From positions 4,278,480 to 4,342,479 of the forward strand of contig OZ316898.1 of assembly GCA_973895155.1 (NCBI GenBank): 64,000 nucleotides of DNA. Reading direction: 5' to 3'. Position numbers and translations under genes: made by a program. Each line of letters starts with the position of its first letter. Within the stretch, counting starts at the first letter, position 1. The notes under the pieces were generated by a model. The model was not told where the DNA came from, did no database searches, and worked only from the letters and a program-made list of their open reading frames with translations. Shown one piece after another: positions 50,385-64,000 of the stretch. This stretch comes from Marsupella aquatica. Lineage: Eukaryota > Plantae > Marchantiophyta.

Positions 50385-53300
50385 TTACATTGGAGGCAAT
50401 GGTCGTCGACAGGTAGGGCATTCCATTTTAATGTCCATCCACCGCTGTAGGCAACCAGCATGGAAAAAATGATCGCAAGGAGTCACCTGTTGATCAAAGA
50501 CCCGGAGAGAAAAAGATTAGAAACTTTTGCAATCTTAAGATCCGAAATGAAAGAGAGAATTCAGTACCGTGCACCAGAAATCAACTTTCTCGTAGCTCTA
50601 GATTAGAACATTGGCTTTACAATGCGTTGCCTGAAAGATCTAGCAGCCGAGCTAGGCCCAAAAGGTGGAAGAACTCTATCCAGTCATTCAGGGAATAAGT
50701 TCGGCAAACATCAGTGTTTGGGAAAACAAATCAGGCATGGTTCCGATATCTGAGTACCGTGGGTATTTAAAATCGGGTTTCTAAGAAATGGCCCATACCA
50801 TGCATTCAGAAGAGCGCCCTCCCATTTCCACGGAAGCCATGCAAATGACACAGTCCACAATCGAAGTTTCCTCCCCACCCATAGCACTGGTCATGGGAGA
50901 TCGCTCCACCCTTCTGAAGTAGCTGTACTTTTCAGGAAGAAACTGCGAATACAGCCCAAAAGAGAAGCCTGTTAGAATCACAAAATGGAGGCAACACAGA
51001 GGTAAACACGCAATGGAGAAATACGGCACAATATCGTATCTGAAGTCCGAAATGAGGGAAAACTCTCACAACAGGATCAGAGGTCGTGTAGTGCATATTC
51101 TTCCAAGCGATCATGCATGAGAGGACAAACCTGGCGAGGAATGAAGCACCGTGCACCCAGGTAGTGTTGTAAGAGGAGGACAGCAGCTTGCGCGAACATA
51201 AAAGCTGTGAGCCCAATGCACCATCTAGAGCTGGTTTCAACTCGCATGAAGTTGCGGGGACATCCGAAGGTGTAGAGAGGAATTGCCAGTCGTGTAATAG
51301 TCATTCCCAAAATATAATGTGGATGCAGAGGCTTTCGAGAATCACGGACCACATTGGCCACAATTTGGGGGATCCAAAAAGAGTAAAAGACGAGCAATAT
51401 GTAGCGGAGAATCGTGTGAAGCTCATACATGATGAGTATGCCACCCAATAAAAACCCATCTGCATCAATATCGGAAATCAGAATCACCGCCAGCAGCTAC
51501 TACAAAAATTCGGGCAAAACGTAGTTGGTATAGGTAATTATTCGATCCAGAAAGGAAACTTGATTGGAAAGTTGTTACGGAAGTAAGGTGTTTGCATAAA
51601 ACGGGCAACTTACAGAATCGTGAATAAAGAACAGAAAGTTCTCGCCGCATTGCTTCCCAGCCCTCTCCAGAGTTCGTAGGCCTCCTTGCTTTCCAGATGG
51701 CGAGTAGATAACGCATTTCAAAAATGGAGAATATGACAAATTTGAAAAATGCTGCTGTCGCGAAAGCATTGAACAACGACTCTGCTGATCCACGGAACCA
51801 AACCTCGTCATAAGTAACACCCTTACTTTGATTTTTGTTTCCAGAGTTAGTCTGAGAATCAATACTAAAGCTGTCATGGAATCACCACATGGACTCCTAG
51901 CAGAACCTTCAAGTTTAGCATTACATTTTAATTTTAATTTAAGTAAGTAAAATAAAAAAACTCCAAACTTCTAACGAAACCTAAACCCTAAACTTCTACT
52001 TTCATGCTTGCCACCACCCTAGATTTTATAACTCAACAAATATTCTAACATATCCAGTACGATCCCTCGGAGTGATCCCAGAAGCCAAGCGCAAACAAGA
52101 TCATGAATGTTCCATTACCTACGAGAATCCCAGCAGTGAGATGCAACAAGCACAAGTACGCGTCCATAATGGCCTGCTGGCCTATCATAAGAAGAGACAC
52201 CTTTGCAGCCCCCTGCACATCAAATTAGATTGCAATCAAAACTCTACATGCACACACAGATCTCTGTTCAAAATACGAGGCAGCCGTTACCTTAACTTAA
52301 CATTGAATAGGGTCAGCTTATCCAAAATCCACCGAAAGAAAATGGAGCGTCGGAAAGATTACCGATTGAGTATTGCTGTGTTCCATTTGACGAATCAAGA
52401 AGAGGACTTGTAAAAAGGAAATCTGAGCTCAATTGTTAAGGGACCACATAAAGGCTTCAAAATAAACCACTCCCTTGTGCATCCAACATTAAAGAGCTAG
52501 AGTCGCTCATAGGCATATGTGTGTGCAAGCGTAAGTACTCCAAGATGTTTTAACGATATCTGCATAGTCTAGCTTCGGACTGGTACTACTCTTGCCTAAA
52601 AAGCCCAGTGGAGTTGGAACCTTCTGACAGGAGACAACCATACCATAACTTGTAATTGAAAGTACAAAGCTGGCATAACTTGAGGATACAAAAGTCACCA
52701 TCAACGTATAGTTGACAGCCTTGTTATAATAGACCTCAACATTGACTGATGTGGCGTTTACAGTCAGTGGTGAGAAGCACTCTCCCTCATTTTCAATCAT
52801 TGGGCCTTCTACTAATCCCTGCATCTCACAGACTTGATGCTCTCGTTCTCCATCTGAACGGGCACAAGACAGCAAGTTCATTAAACCCAGTCCGCCAACT
52901 TAAAACCCATATCACCAAAGATTACGTCCTGTTTGCAAATTGAGTGCCGAAGAACCTTACAAGCGTTGCTGCAGGAAAACTTAGGTTTTGAGTCGGTAGG
53001 ACCATAACTCTTTGTCTGCTGTCCACAACAGATCCGTCAAAGGAAAGAGCGTGCTTACTCTTATAATCTGATAGAACTGTAGAGATTTGAGTAACCATTT
53101 GAACCTTGCAATGCTTCCCCATCTCTACCATGCTAGCTGTAAAGAGAACCAACAAAGATAAGAACCATCAGACCTCGTAAGTTTGTTAGAGGCTCAAAAG
53201 TTGGACTCAGCAGTGCAGTTCAGCTGGTCTAGCGAGTCTTTATCAGGGCTAGTAATGACACAACAGAGAAAAGAATTCTCCCTCCTACCCATGACTGTCA

Positions 53301-55210
53301 CAAAGCCAATTTCGAATAAAACTAGAACAATATAAAGTTTGAGAAAAGCAGACTTACAGCTCCTCCCTTTTCTTCGATACTGATCTCTTGTAGAATCTTG
53401 CAACACCTGCGACGATAACATGCCGAGCTGCACCATCAGCAACCCGCATGACAATCACAGTCAGAAATATGAGTGCTCCTCATATTTAAAATACGCCACG
53501 CAGGGAAGTCAAAGCTCCGGGAGGACAAAAGGAAAAAAAAAACCAAAAGACAAAAGAAGGAAAGATTAAAGAGAACGCAGGAAAACGGACAAAAACACTT
53601 CACGCGACCAGACACCTGGTGCGATAAACGTATGGAGCAGGGTTTACCAGATGATAAGGACTGGATTGAATAAAGTCATCGCCACGATAGAATTCTCCAT
53701 CCATAGCACTGAAAAGAAGACGAAAGACGTCAATCTCACATGAGAACCCTTTGAACTCCCCATTATATTACAAATTTGAGATGAGCTTAAGGGCATTTTG
53801 AGTGATATACAGGGCAATGGTCCCAAGTCATCCACAAGATAGCCAAGAGCCACAGCAAGATACAAATCAGAGTACAATCCCGACAACGAAATGGAACTCA
53901 CGTGCTTAACACCATCCGCAGTTGCCGGAATGGCCAGACATAGACTCCTTCCATCTTCATTTGCAAGTCGCCATCACTGCGATATGTCCCATCTTGTAGA
54001 ACGACCTCTCCCTAGTCCATCGTTCAATCAGAAAATCGCCCAGTAAAATAAGTACATACAATGCAAAGGCAAAATCTACAAACAGAAGAGAATTCTCCGT
54101 AACATTTATATACTGTTAACAACCAACATCATTTAGTTTCTGGTTTGAGATGCTCATACTTGTACATAGTGTACACCCCGTATGTCAGTTGGTGAGCTTG
54201 TGAGTTCAAAGATGATATTTCCGGATGTCTTCTGAAAGTCTGAAAACCTTGAAGACATGTTGCGGATCACCCAAGTCCCTAAGAAGCAAAGATGAAACAC
54301 AGCTTTAGCTTCACCTTCAATAAAATAGAGGAATACACGAGTAACCCTTAGGCGGGCTAATACAAGGACATAGTAACCATTCGACAACCCCACGACAGAT
54401 TTGGCAGCTGAATCGAACACTGTACTATGCCCTCGGTCGTCAGATGTGAAAGGCTAGTGAGTATTGTGCTTTGAAGCGTACCGAGAAACAACCACTAATA
54501 CGGGAGAGGCTTACCCTTGTAAGTCCCCGAAATATTCAGCATCGGATATGGTCCCATTCCACCACCACCCTCTGCAACCAGCCGCTGCACCATGACAGCA
54601 GATTGATTCAGTGGACAAGTCTCTCCGTGAAAATCACGTCCATGTAGGACCTGTCAACCTCAGGTAATGGCATTAGGCATCCACGCACCGGGAAAAGCAT
54701 CACAATTACAGACTGTAGAGGAATGCACCAAAGGTCCATGTGTCGGATGGGAAACAGCAGGTTCATGTGTTATCTTCAGACCATCAAATTCCCTTTGCGA
54801 TGGAGTCGAAACATGTATCTTCAGATTGAGCAACCAAAAAGAGAAGAGAAATATCCAATTCAGAGGAGAAATTAATTGAATTGAGCAATTCAGAGACGAA
54901 TTGAACTAAATCGAGGTCGACAAAAGACCTGGTCTAGCCATGGAGAGTGCTCGATACTGATACTCTTCTCCTTCAATGGCCTCACAGCAGCAGTACTCTC
55001 CAACAATACGCATAGTAATGTCAACCACGCAACTGCTCCAATTACACAATCTCTCCCCGTACAAGTACGTGGGCTGGTGCCAATTCTGTAGGACACACCT
55101 CTCCTGGAAGCTCTTTCTGCCCTTGAGCCTCCAGAATCAGCAGCCCATTCAAGAGGCTCTTTCGAAGCACACGATCTCACATTCGGGATTGGGGATATTG
55201 CGGAGGGCAT
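50385..55210 (-). CDS. FLY1: Transmembrane RING-H2 E3 ubiquitin ligase (FLY1/FLY2, TUL1/Dsc1 family), ~616 aa, 14 coding exons; start codon uncertain
   Basis: Exons 55210-54929, 54584-54515, 54278-54160, 54011-53902, 53708-53648, 53427-53358, 53136-53059, 52853-52690, 52422-52363, 52212-52119, 51781-51614, 51459-51131, 50942-50799, 50486-50385 splice in phase. Motifs: NISGTYKGTW, YYNKAVNYTLMVTF, QQAIMDAYLCLLHL, FSIFEMRYLLAIWKA, YSFWIPQIV and RING-H2 CVIC...CDHFFHAGC...CPTC. Confidence 0.93.
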
Positions 55211-57734
55211 ATTCCCAGCCCTTTTGCCTTGTCCTTCTGGACTTTCAAAAGACTTCTCATCAACCGCTTCTCCTTCTCGCCTAAACAAGATAACTTAATT
55301 CGATACTATTGTCCTCAGACGCTAGTCGTGTCTTCCGCAAAACGGTACATCTCCTTCCTGTCCGTTGCTTGAGAACAACCTTCGTATCTCTGTTAATCAA
55401 CCAGCTGGAGGATTCCCAGTTCACAATGCCCTTATGACATCAAATGCACTGCAACTAAGAACCATTTTATCAAACCTTTCTTGCACACCATGAATCAACG
55501 GTGGGCACATTGTTGGACCTGTATGAACCAACCTGGTCCGCCATAGAATGGCACCCCATGACCCGAATGAAAACGTCACGTCCTCGTGTTCACTACACGT
55601 GAGATCAAGGGAAGGGAAACCTGCCCTAAGTAAACCCTGGTGCCTTGTATTACTGGTCATTTCATCACCAAATTGTTCTTCCCTCGGAACTGGTCCTTGA
55701 TGTTTGCCAAAAACAACCCAATATTGTAAACTGCCTGTTCCATTTCAACCAAGGCATAGAAATGTTTCGAATTTCACTCCCAGATTCTTTCAGTGACGAT
55801 GTAGTGACAAGAGGTCAACACCCATGTGGCAAGGGCCTACACGTAGTGTACAAACTTGAGCTGTCCCTGGCTTCGCATCGGCCAGTTCTCGTGGGTACCC
55901 ACATGTCCTCTTCTCCTGAATATCCTCGCTACTTCCTCGTATCTGTCATTCCAAAGACAAATGGTTACAAAATGAATGTGAGCAAATTGCAAAAATCGAT
56001 GGCCAACAACTCTATGGCAGTTGTGGCAAATCCATGCTACTTTCCTATAATTAACTAAACTCCTTCCACCCAATCGAACGAATTGAAGTAAGGTAAAAAT
56101 TCAAATTGTATAGAACTCTTTGGACAAACAGAAATCAGCAAGGACCTAGACGATTTACGACGGGAAGGTTCTGACAGATGAGTTAAAACTAAAGGAAACT
56201 GAAGCATTTTAGCTGCATGTACAGCAAAAGAGACCGGCGTCCTACAAGATAACCAATGAGAGCCCAGTCTTAACGGAAACACATGTGTAGACATGTATAT
56301 GAAAAGAATGCAAATGATATCCTGACTCAATCATTTATTGAAGGATCTCAGGCTCAGAAGACACTGCTCGAAGTGCATGGAAAAGAATACAAAAAGTGTG
56401 TCCGGCCAGCGATGATGGAGGCCGGCCTTAAAGACAGAATAGCAGAGAATAAATTGACGCGGAAGTCCACTCAACCCCTTCCCACCTAGGAAGATGGACA
56501 GGCAGTAATTCAACGAATTTTCGAGCTAACGTCCGAGGGGACCACTCGGGCGGCTGGAGCAAAGTACTCTGGGCTCCCATAACCAAAGGTCCAACCGGGG
56601 CGTGACACAACCCACGGTGGCAAAGAGCCGGACAACATGTGAGAAAGTGATTCAAGGCCACAAATAAGGGAACCAAAGCCTCCAACCGACACAAAAAGAG
56701 AACGACTAATGTCTCTGTGAGAAAGGAACTATCGACAAGCTCTCGAAGTCAGCAGCACACGGAGCAATTACAGCAAAACAGGACGAGACAGAGCGACGAC
56801 GACCTTGGAGGAATTCCCATATTTCCCGCCGAAACGGGGAAACCAACGCAAGAGCATCCAAAGTATAACGCATTAATTGAGAGTTCTCGAGGGCCCACTA
56901 CACCCAGGCCAGACGAACAGAGAACCGGAGTCCGGCAGGACCCAATCACACAGACTGCATCAATGAGTCTTCAGGTGGTCTAACATCTAAAGGCAGACCG
57001 AGGGAGATAAGAGGGAGAGAACGAGTTGGAGAGAATTCAGAGTCGCCCAGGAAGCTCAATCATGACCACCCACCTCCGTCTCCCTCTGTTAAGGGATGTT
57101 GTGAGTCTCTGTCTTTTCACAACATCAAGAGGTCAATCAAAAGCAAGCGTACGGTTGGCTCGAATTGATTTGAAACAACCCAGGAGTGAAGGGCGGGCAA
57201 GGAGACTCCAAATTCACGTCTAATCAATGCCCAGTTCTGCTCCACTGAGGCCCACACTGAAAGCAAGCTTAAAAAGAGAATCCTCCCAGGCTGGGACCAT
57301 CAACCAGACCGACAGAAGATCCCGAGTGTACTCTCATCCAATCCCGGCTCAATTAAAGCAACATCCATCACGAGTTTGTACCTTCGTCTACATTCTACAG
57401 TGCTCCCATTCCTCTCTTCAGAAACTCGTCCCCTTCCTCTCTGCTTCGTTCGATCCTCCCTCCCTCGCCCCCTCCCTATTCGGCCGCAGCAGGAGGAGGA
57501 CTGCTTCCTTCCATACGACAAACAGAACAGGAAAGGACGGCACTCACAGCCTGATGAGCATCGCAGAACAGAGAAAGCTTTGAATCCCAGACCACTCCAA
57601 CCCAAACACACCGAACAGTAGTATTACTACTCTAGGCCTTACCTACTTCCCCATGCAACAGGCAGCAAGGCACGCCCAGTCCCGTCGATGCCAACCAACA
57701 AGTGCACTCGGGCAGTGGAGCACTCTCTCTCTCG

Positions 57735-57738
<4 letters not shown>

Positions 57739-57774
<36 letters not shown>
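57739..57774. repeat. (CT)18/(GA)18 microsatellite, imperfect extension to ~57723
   Basis: Read directly from the sequence; it lies in the putative 5' exon of the E3 ligase gene. Confidence 0.95.
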
Positions 57775-57777
<3 letters not shown>

Positions 57778-59203
57778 GGCCTCTCCCTCATCTCTCTGCC
57801 AGTCCCGGATGATTCCGTCTTCTCACAGTTTGTTATCCGTTCTCTAAATCTGTCAGCGCAGACAAACTCATGACTGGTGAATGGGCAGAGATGCAGAGAG
57901 GGAGGCGAAGGACAACACAGTACTGGAGACGGGCGTCAGGCAGATTGTGCAGGATTCTTGAGTCAGGAGAATTGGCAGGAAGGCCAGGAATAGGAGGAGA
58001 CTGGGGTGGGGACGGATTTTTGGCGATTTGGGAGAGAAAACTTCAGGACACTTGCAAAAGGGACCCCCAATCTACTACAGTAAAGGGCTCCAACCTGATC
58101 CCTCAAAGTCCACGGCCAATATCACTGTTCCATATCCAATTCTCAAACCATCAAGTTCCTACCAATCACCATCCTCTTGCCCCAGCAGCAGAAACGCCCA
58201 AAAAAAAGCATTTGGTGTTCACTGGTGACCCACAAAGCAAAACCAAAAGCTGGGCAGGCAGGGCTGGGCTGGGCAGCAGAAACGAGAGGAGAAAGTAATC
58301 CGAAGGTTAACAATCCATGTACCAAAAACATGTTCTGGAATATCCCTTCGACCCGAATCCCTCGAAAGCTTACACAATCGCTGACAATAATAATAAATCT
58401 CTAAACTTGAAGCTGTTTGTTTAGACAGAAACCTAAAGACGCTAATAAACGAACCTTAAAAGCGGGCAGCGATGGGCGGGCCCGGACAGCAATTGGAGTC
58501 GGTCCCTGACTTCCTCGCGGGCAATCGGGCATGGATGGGGTGGGCAATGATGAGAGGGGAAATCAGTGCTGCGGGCAGGGATGGGATGGAATCACCAAAG
58601 TGGTCCGAGGGCACGCCACGCATCTAGTAGTAGTGCATCACCGCCAAATTTCTCGCTGCCCGCCTCAATCCTGCCCGAATCGTTCTTGGTTCTCGATGGG
58701 CTATAACCGGACCTCAACGAGACCGTACGGTCGTCGTCAGCGACGAGGACAGAGACTTCGACGACGACGACGAAGACTCAAGTACCGAAAGCAGAAACGA
58801 CAACGGGGAGGGAAGTAAAGAGACGACCGACGGGCAGGAGGTCGCCGCTCCCTAGAGCGGGCACGTGGGCAGACGCCCGGGCAGAGAACCGGGCAGCCTG
58901 GCGGGCGGGCAGGTGACTCTGCAAGTCTGCAATAAGCAAGCAGGCAGGCAGCCGGGCAGGCAGGCAGGCAGGCGCCAGAACCCAGAAGAGGAAGGAGGGA
59001 GGCTGCCAACAGAATGATTTCTTTTCCTCTTTTCAAAATTGCGATCAAGTCCGAACCCAACGACCATTTCCCACCAAAATGTTTCGAGATCTCCCTCGGC
59101 TGGGCTGCCCTCAGACCCACGGCCCGGTCTTGTCTTGAATTGAACCACAACAAAACCGCTCTTGGGCACTGACACCAACCTCTGTCGAACACAAATCAAT
59201 TCG

Positions 59204-59321
59204 AAATTCCTCGAAAATGTCCCCAAAATTCCTCGAAAATGTCCCCAAAATTCCTCGAAAATGTCCCCAAAATTCCTCGAAAAAATGGAATGGGGCAGAG
59301 AGTTGGAATGGGGCAGAGAGT
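59204..59321. repeat. Adjacent minisatellites: 22-bp x3.7 and 18-bp x2
   Basis: AAATTCCTCGAAAATGTCCCCA units followed by TGGAATGGGGCAGAGAGT x2. Confidence 0.9.
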
Positions 59322-62300
59322 TCAGATCATTCCTGCAACGTCGGGCATGACGGGAGAAATCCTGAAGCGGTCAGCCCACTGTCACTGTACCATACACCAA
59401 TCCTATTCAAGGAAACGGCAGATTGTAGGGTCTCAAACGGAAGCATGGAAATGTTTTCAAGGCGACGGTCCGAGAGTGGAAGCGTAGGTACGGTCACGGT
59501 TTTGAGTTTTCGAATTTCTCTGAGTCCACGGGCAGGCGTGCCCGCCAAGCGTCGCTCTTCTCGATGTTTGGTTTGGGGCAGACCGGCATTGGACAGCCAG
59601 GCAGGCAGCCAGTCTGCGGGCAGGGGCAGGCGGTAGAGCGGCAACAATCATCATTATCATCGCCAAATCCAGCGGGGTCTGCTTTCTTAGCAGTGAGTTT
59701 AGAGGGACCTAAACCCTCCTCAGTTATAGCATCGCCAACGGCGTACTCTCTAGTACTGGGGCCTCTCCAGATATCATGGTGAACTATAGTGGCTGTTGGT
59801 GATAAAGACATGGCCATAGTTATGGGAGCTTTTGGTGATAAAGAAATAACCATAGATTTTTCATAGTGTTATCTCAGAGTTTCCTTTTTCCACTCCCTTT
59901 AAGTGACATATGGTCATGGTATCTGGGCAAGCTTCATGGCAAACAAACCTTATGGATCCTGATTTTGGTACTGCAAAAATTTCTTTGTATATGTAATCTT
60001 AACTACTAAGTTAAGGTCTGTTAAAAGAGGTTTATGGATAGGTTCTATTTTGAAAATTCTATGTAGAAATTGCACTTGAAGAGGTGACAGTAGCTCAATT
60101 TATACAGCAATGGCAGTGACAACATTGATTTTGAGCAAGGTGTGTGCAAACTTGATCATCCATATGCTAGTAGCGGGTGTGGGACCGATACCAAGAGCTT
60201 TGCTTGTGCATATTATGTGCCAAGTCACTTTTGTTCATAATTTACCATATCCAGGTCATCTTATCCGCCAGCATTTCAATAGTGGTGGCCAGATTTTTAG
60301 GTCATTCTCTCGGAACAGTATGACCTTCAGATTCTCAATGCTTTATGTGACTGTTGCCATATACTGTAGGTACTTTGAGCCCTCCCCTGAAATTTAGTTT
60401 GTCAATATGAAAGAGTTTATCAAGAGACAGAGTTTATCAAGAGACATTTTCAGGAGTAGGGGCATAAAGCTGAAGACAGTGCACACTGAAGATAAAATTG
60501 TCAATAATGCATTCAAGTTATCTATACTTTACTTTGCTTTGCAAGTCTATCATTCTCTGTAAAGTGAATCCATAGGCAGTGATTGTCTGGTTCCCAACTA
60601 TATTGTCATGCAGAATAAGCTTTTGGATAGGGATGGACATGGGAATCTGGATATAAGGAGCACTTACTATGCATAAAGCACAGGTATTAGGGTTCGTCTA
60701 AAATCCTCCAATGTTACCAGTTTAGCCCTAAATGAAAAGCACTTGGAAAAGCTGCCCCAAAGCATTTATTTGTGACAAAACATGGCATTAAAGTAATGAT
60801 TTTGGATCTCATGGCAGGTCTCTTGCAAAATTCCTAGCATGTAGCTCCTTCATGTTAGCACTCTCTGCCACAAACATGAACAACAATGTTTGTGGTGACA
60901 AACAAACACAAACATTTGTGTTCTTCACAATGTCCTAACAAATAGCTAGACCTGGGATCAATAAAATCTTAAGAAAATTGAAAAGCAATATACCAAACTA
61001 CAAAGAGTTGGAGAAATTGTGTGACTGCCTGTAACTTCCTTATTAGCTTTTTAGATGATAGTAATAATTTCCTTATATTTACTTAATTTACTTAACAAAG
61101 AACAACAATTAATTCTAGCCATTATTGATCAATTCATACAATTGATCATTTGCATAAAGGATTCGGGACAGTGGTGCACAATGGTCACAAGAAAATATGT
61201 GTGCCGGAGGATTCATAGATTGATGGACTTGATCAAATGTTGAGGATTTTGTAGGTTGATGGACTTGATCAAATGTTGATAATTAACTGTGACTATGTGA
61301 ACTTTAAAACAATTGTACTTTAAGTTAGTCAGTTGTCCTTTGGAGTATGTCAGCATCCTAAGATGCATCACAATAGTTTTTTAGCCACAATTTTGTCATC
61401 TCAAGCGGGTTTGGGCTCAGAGGTTTACATTGCTACCTAGCCTTATGACCTTGTTACTTAATGAATCTGGAAAGAAAGGGACTTCCCAAAACTTTTTGAT
61501 GACCCTCTTCACACAAATCAGATAAATTATACAGATTGAAGGAATCAAAGAAAAAAGTGAGATAAGATAAGAAAGACAGAAAAATAAAAGAGCTGGAAAG
61601 TTAGGGGGTAATTTGGAGGTAAGTCCCAAGTTTAATAAAAAATTAAATACAATCCTTTCATTGAACCGCTAACGATAGCACAGGCAATGGCCCAACAACA
61701 CCAAAATGTGATCAACCCCAGTATTCTTTGACCAAGCCTTTTGCATGTCGACCTAATTCATGAGTTTGACTGTGAGCTCATCTCGCTTGTTGTTGGAACC
61801 GTTTGACGCAAAGTAACACCAGATGACAATGTTGAGGCTTGGGTAATAAAGCACAAAGAAGGTCTACCAATTTACATATGTGGTAAGACAAGGGGTGCTG
61901 CTTGAGGTAGGCGTGGTAAATGAGACAACCTTTAATTGTGGGAGAATATGTATTAGTTTACTCACAAACATTAAAGCATGGGTACATAGACTAAATAGAT
62001 TAAATAACAGAAATGCTTCACAGCCATTTAAACTCTCCTTGTGTAGGGAATTGTCCCATATGACAACCCACTTACAGGCAGCCCTTGCCCAGAAACTATT
62101 ATTGACAATACTTGATTATATGTCTCAAAAATCTAGGTGAAGAATCCAAGCTATGTAATGTACTAAAGTGTAGGGAATTGTCCACGATGAACAGCCCACA
62201 CAAAGAAACAGGGCCATATATTTTGGACCAAACTTGACACTAAAGCTAGACATTCTTGGCGATGCCTAGAGTATATGTCAAAAGTGATTCCATGTGGAGA

Positions 62301-62425
62301 ATTGTCCAAAATGAAAATGGATATCTTTTGGACAACTCCCTCTTGGAAGTACGTTGCTTGATGTTTTCAAGTTGCCCAAAAACAACCTCACAACAGTATG
62401 AACAATTCACAATTTGTTAAATCAA

Positions 62426-63260
62426 TTAGTTCGTGGACCCCTTGGCTAATAGAATCAGGGGGAAGAGTCGACCTGAGCCGTCTCCATTTCTTATCTCCGG
62501 AAATCTCGTCCGTTCATCATAATGGCCAATCTATGGCTCAAAAGAAAGATCTCAAATAGATCTATGGATGGGTTCTGTCCGTTTTGCAAATGGGTTAATA
62601 TTTTTCAAATGAAAAATTAAACAAATCCAAGTCTTCCTAAGCGTCGATTTTGTTGATTTTACGATCTTTGCCGTCCATTTTGTAACGCCTCTAGAAATCT
62701 TATTCATCCATGTTAGAAGGCGATCTAGGTGCAAAAGAAAGATCTCAATGAGATCTACGACTGGGTATTTTTTGTTTTGAGAATGAGTAAATAGTTTTGA
62801 GTATAAAATTCGATGAACTTTCAAGATTCCAGCCATTCCTCCTCCTCGATCCTGGGTTTCTATGTGCTCTTCTCAACATTAATGGCTGTACAATATGAGA
62901 GGTCCTTACATACCGGGAGTTGCGATTTAACAAGGAAGTTATCAAGTTAGTTATTAGTCATTATTTATTATATGAAAAAAACTTTTTATAAATTTTTGAA
63001 TTTAAGTTTTAAAATTGGAAATGTAACTAAAACGGTTACATAGTGATAGTTTTAACTGTCTTGCTCTTTGCATTTCCAATGTTTTTACTTTTCTTTTTAC
63101 GGCACGGCGTCCCAAAATTTACACCCAAATTGACACAAACACGAATGGAAATTATAAGTTTGATTCACAAAATTGACGAGTCTTGTTTGTTGCGGTTGTT
63201 GTTGACGTGGCACGCTGTGGTGCCAGGAATTTTGGAAGGGACCTCTAGTGGGGTCCGTAA
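62426..63260. mobile_element. Non-autonomous dispersed element, copy B (~835 bp)
   Basis: Direct high-identity copy of 20852-21642 with the same termini. Confidence 0.85.
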
Positions 63261-64000
63261 CAATCAAACCCAACCACCAACTTTACTCAAACAGTGTTCC
63301 TATATCATCTAGGGGTAGCTTAACCAGGATGAAATCACATAGGCTCTGTGCTCGATTAGTGGATATATAGAACAACAACTCAAAAACATTATAACTATAT
63401 AGCAAATTTTTTATTTATATTTAGTGATCTATGTGGGTTGTAGAAGTCCACAGTGGCATTTTTCCTGAAAACTACAATAGCATAGGATGTAAACTTCAGT
63501 TTTCTACTTCCATCGTTTCTTTGTATATTGTATATAGGTTATAAAAAATAGGTCAAAAAGTGGGATGCATTCCAGTCCTTAGGTCAAACCCAGTGATTCC
63601 ATCCAAAGAAACAAACAAAGATTTCAACAGCTTCTGTCCTCCACATACATTCAACACTCAATTCCAAATGGAGGTACATTAAGATTGGATCGAGCTAGTT
63701 TGAGCCTTCATCAGTGACACACATTGAGAGCATCGTCTGCAATGCTGGTACACCTCTAGGCCAGAAACCCTACTGGTGGTGATCAAGGCACACTACAACA
63801 GTTTGGAAGAGATGAAGATGTAGATCTGCCTTATCACTGATATTTTTGTGGTGGTGAAATTGCGATAACTAAAGATGGACGTGAAGAAGAAATCAGTTTG
63901 GGAGACTTGGCAAGCCATAAAAACTATAGATGCATATGATCACAAGCAGAATGACCGGCGAGTTCATACAAATTGGAATTCATTTTCCTTGTTGTCTAAA

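Noticed and set aside
53358-53406. Acceptor at 53406 for the E3 ligase exon
   Set aside because: The upstream acceptor at 53427 restores the family-like PYHL-LGMLSSQV segment and is preferred.
55421-56694. ORFs in the putative first intron of the E3 ligase gene
   Set aside because: They have no recognisable motifs and the minus frames are interrupted by stops.

Overview
Eukaryotic nuclear DNA from a land plant; the intron style and sequence feel suggest a bryophyte such as a liverwort, but that is inference. The first ~26 kb and last ~6 kb hold no protein I recognise and consist of small tandem repeats, tRNA-like SINE fragments and non-autonomous element relics. The middle holds three multi-exon minus-strand genes that I spliced by hand with consistent GT-AG phases: a plastid-type tandem glutaredoxin/GST-N (thioredoxin-fold) protein (26342-30793), a CBS-CBS-PB1-TM protein (41442/41635-47305) and a FLY1/TUL1-type transmembrane RING-H2 E3 ligase (50385-55210). 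A full-length Ty1/copia LTR retrotransposon lies at 32424-39288 (330-bp LTRs, ATAAT TSD, tRNA-iMet PBS, two in-frame stops). Four observations stand out: (1) the CBS gene has a tandemly duplicated last coding exon, giving two alternative C-terminal membrane anchors; (2) a putative upstream exon of the E3 ligase has its reading frame set by a (GA)18 microsatellite; (3) an unclassified element family has asymmetric GGACCCC termini; (4) the copia element has a stop codon at the gag/protease boundary and a 1.8-kb GC-rich leader. All homology calls come from recalled motifs, not database searches.
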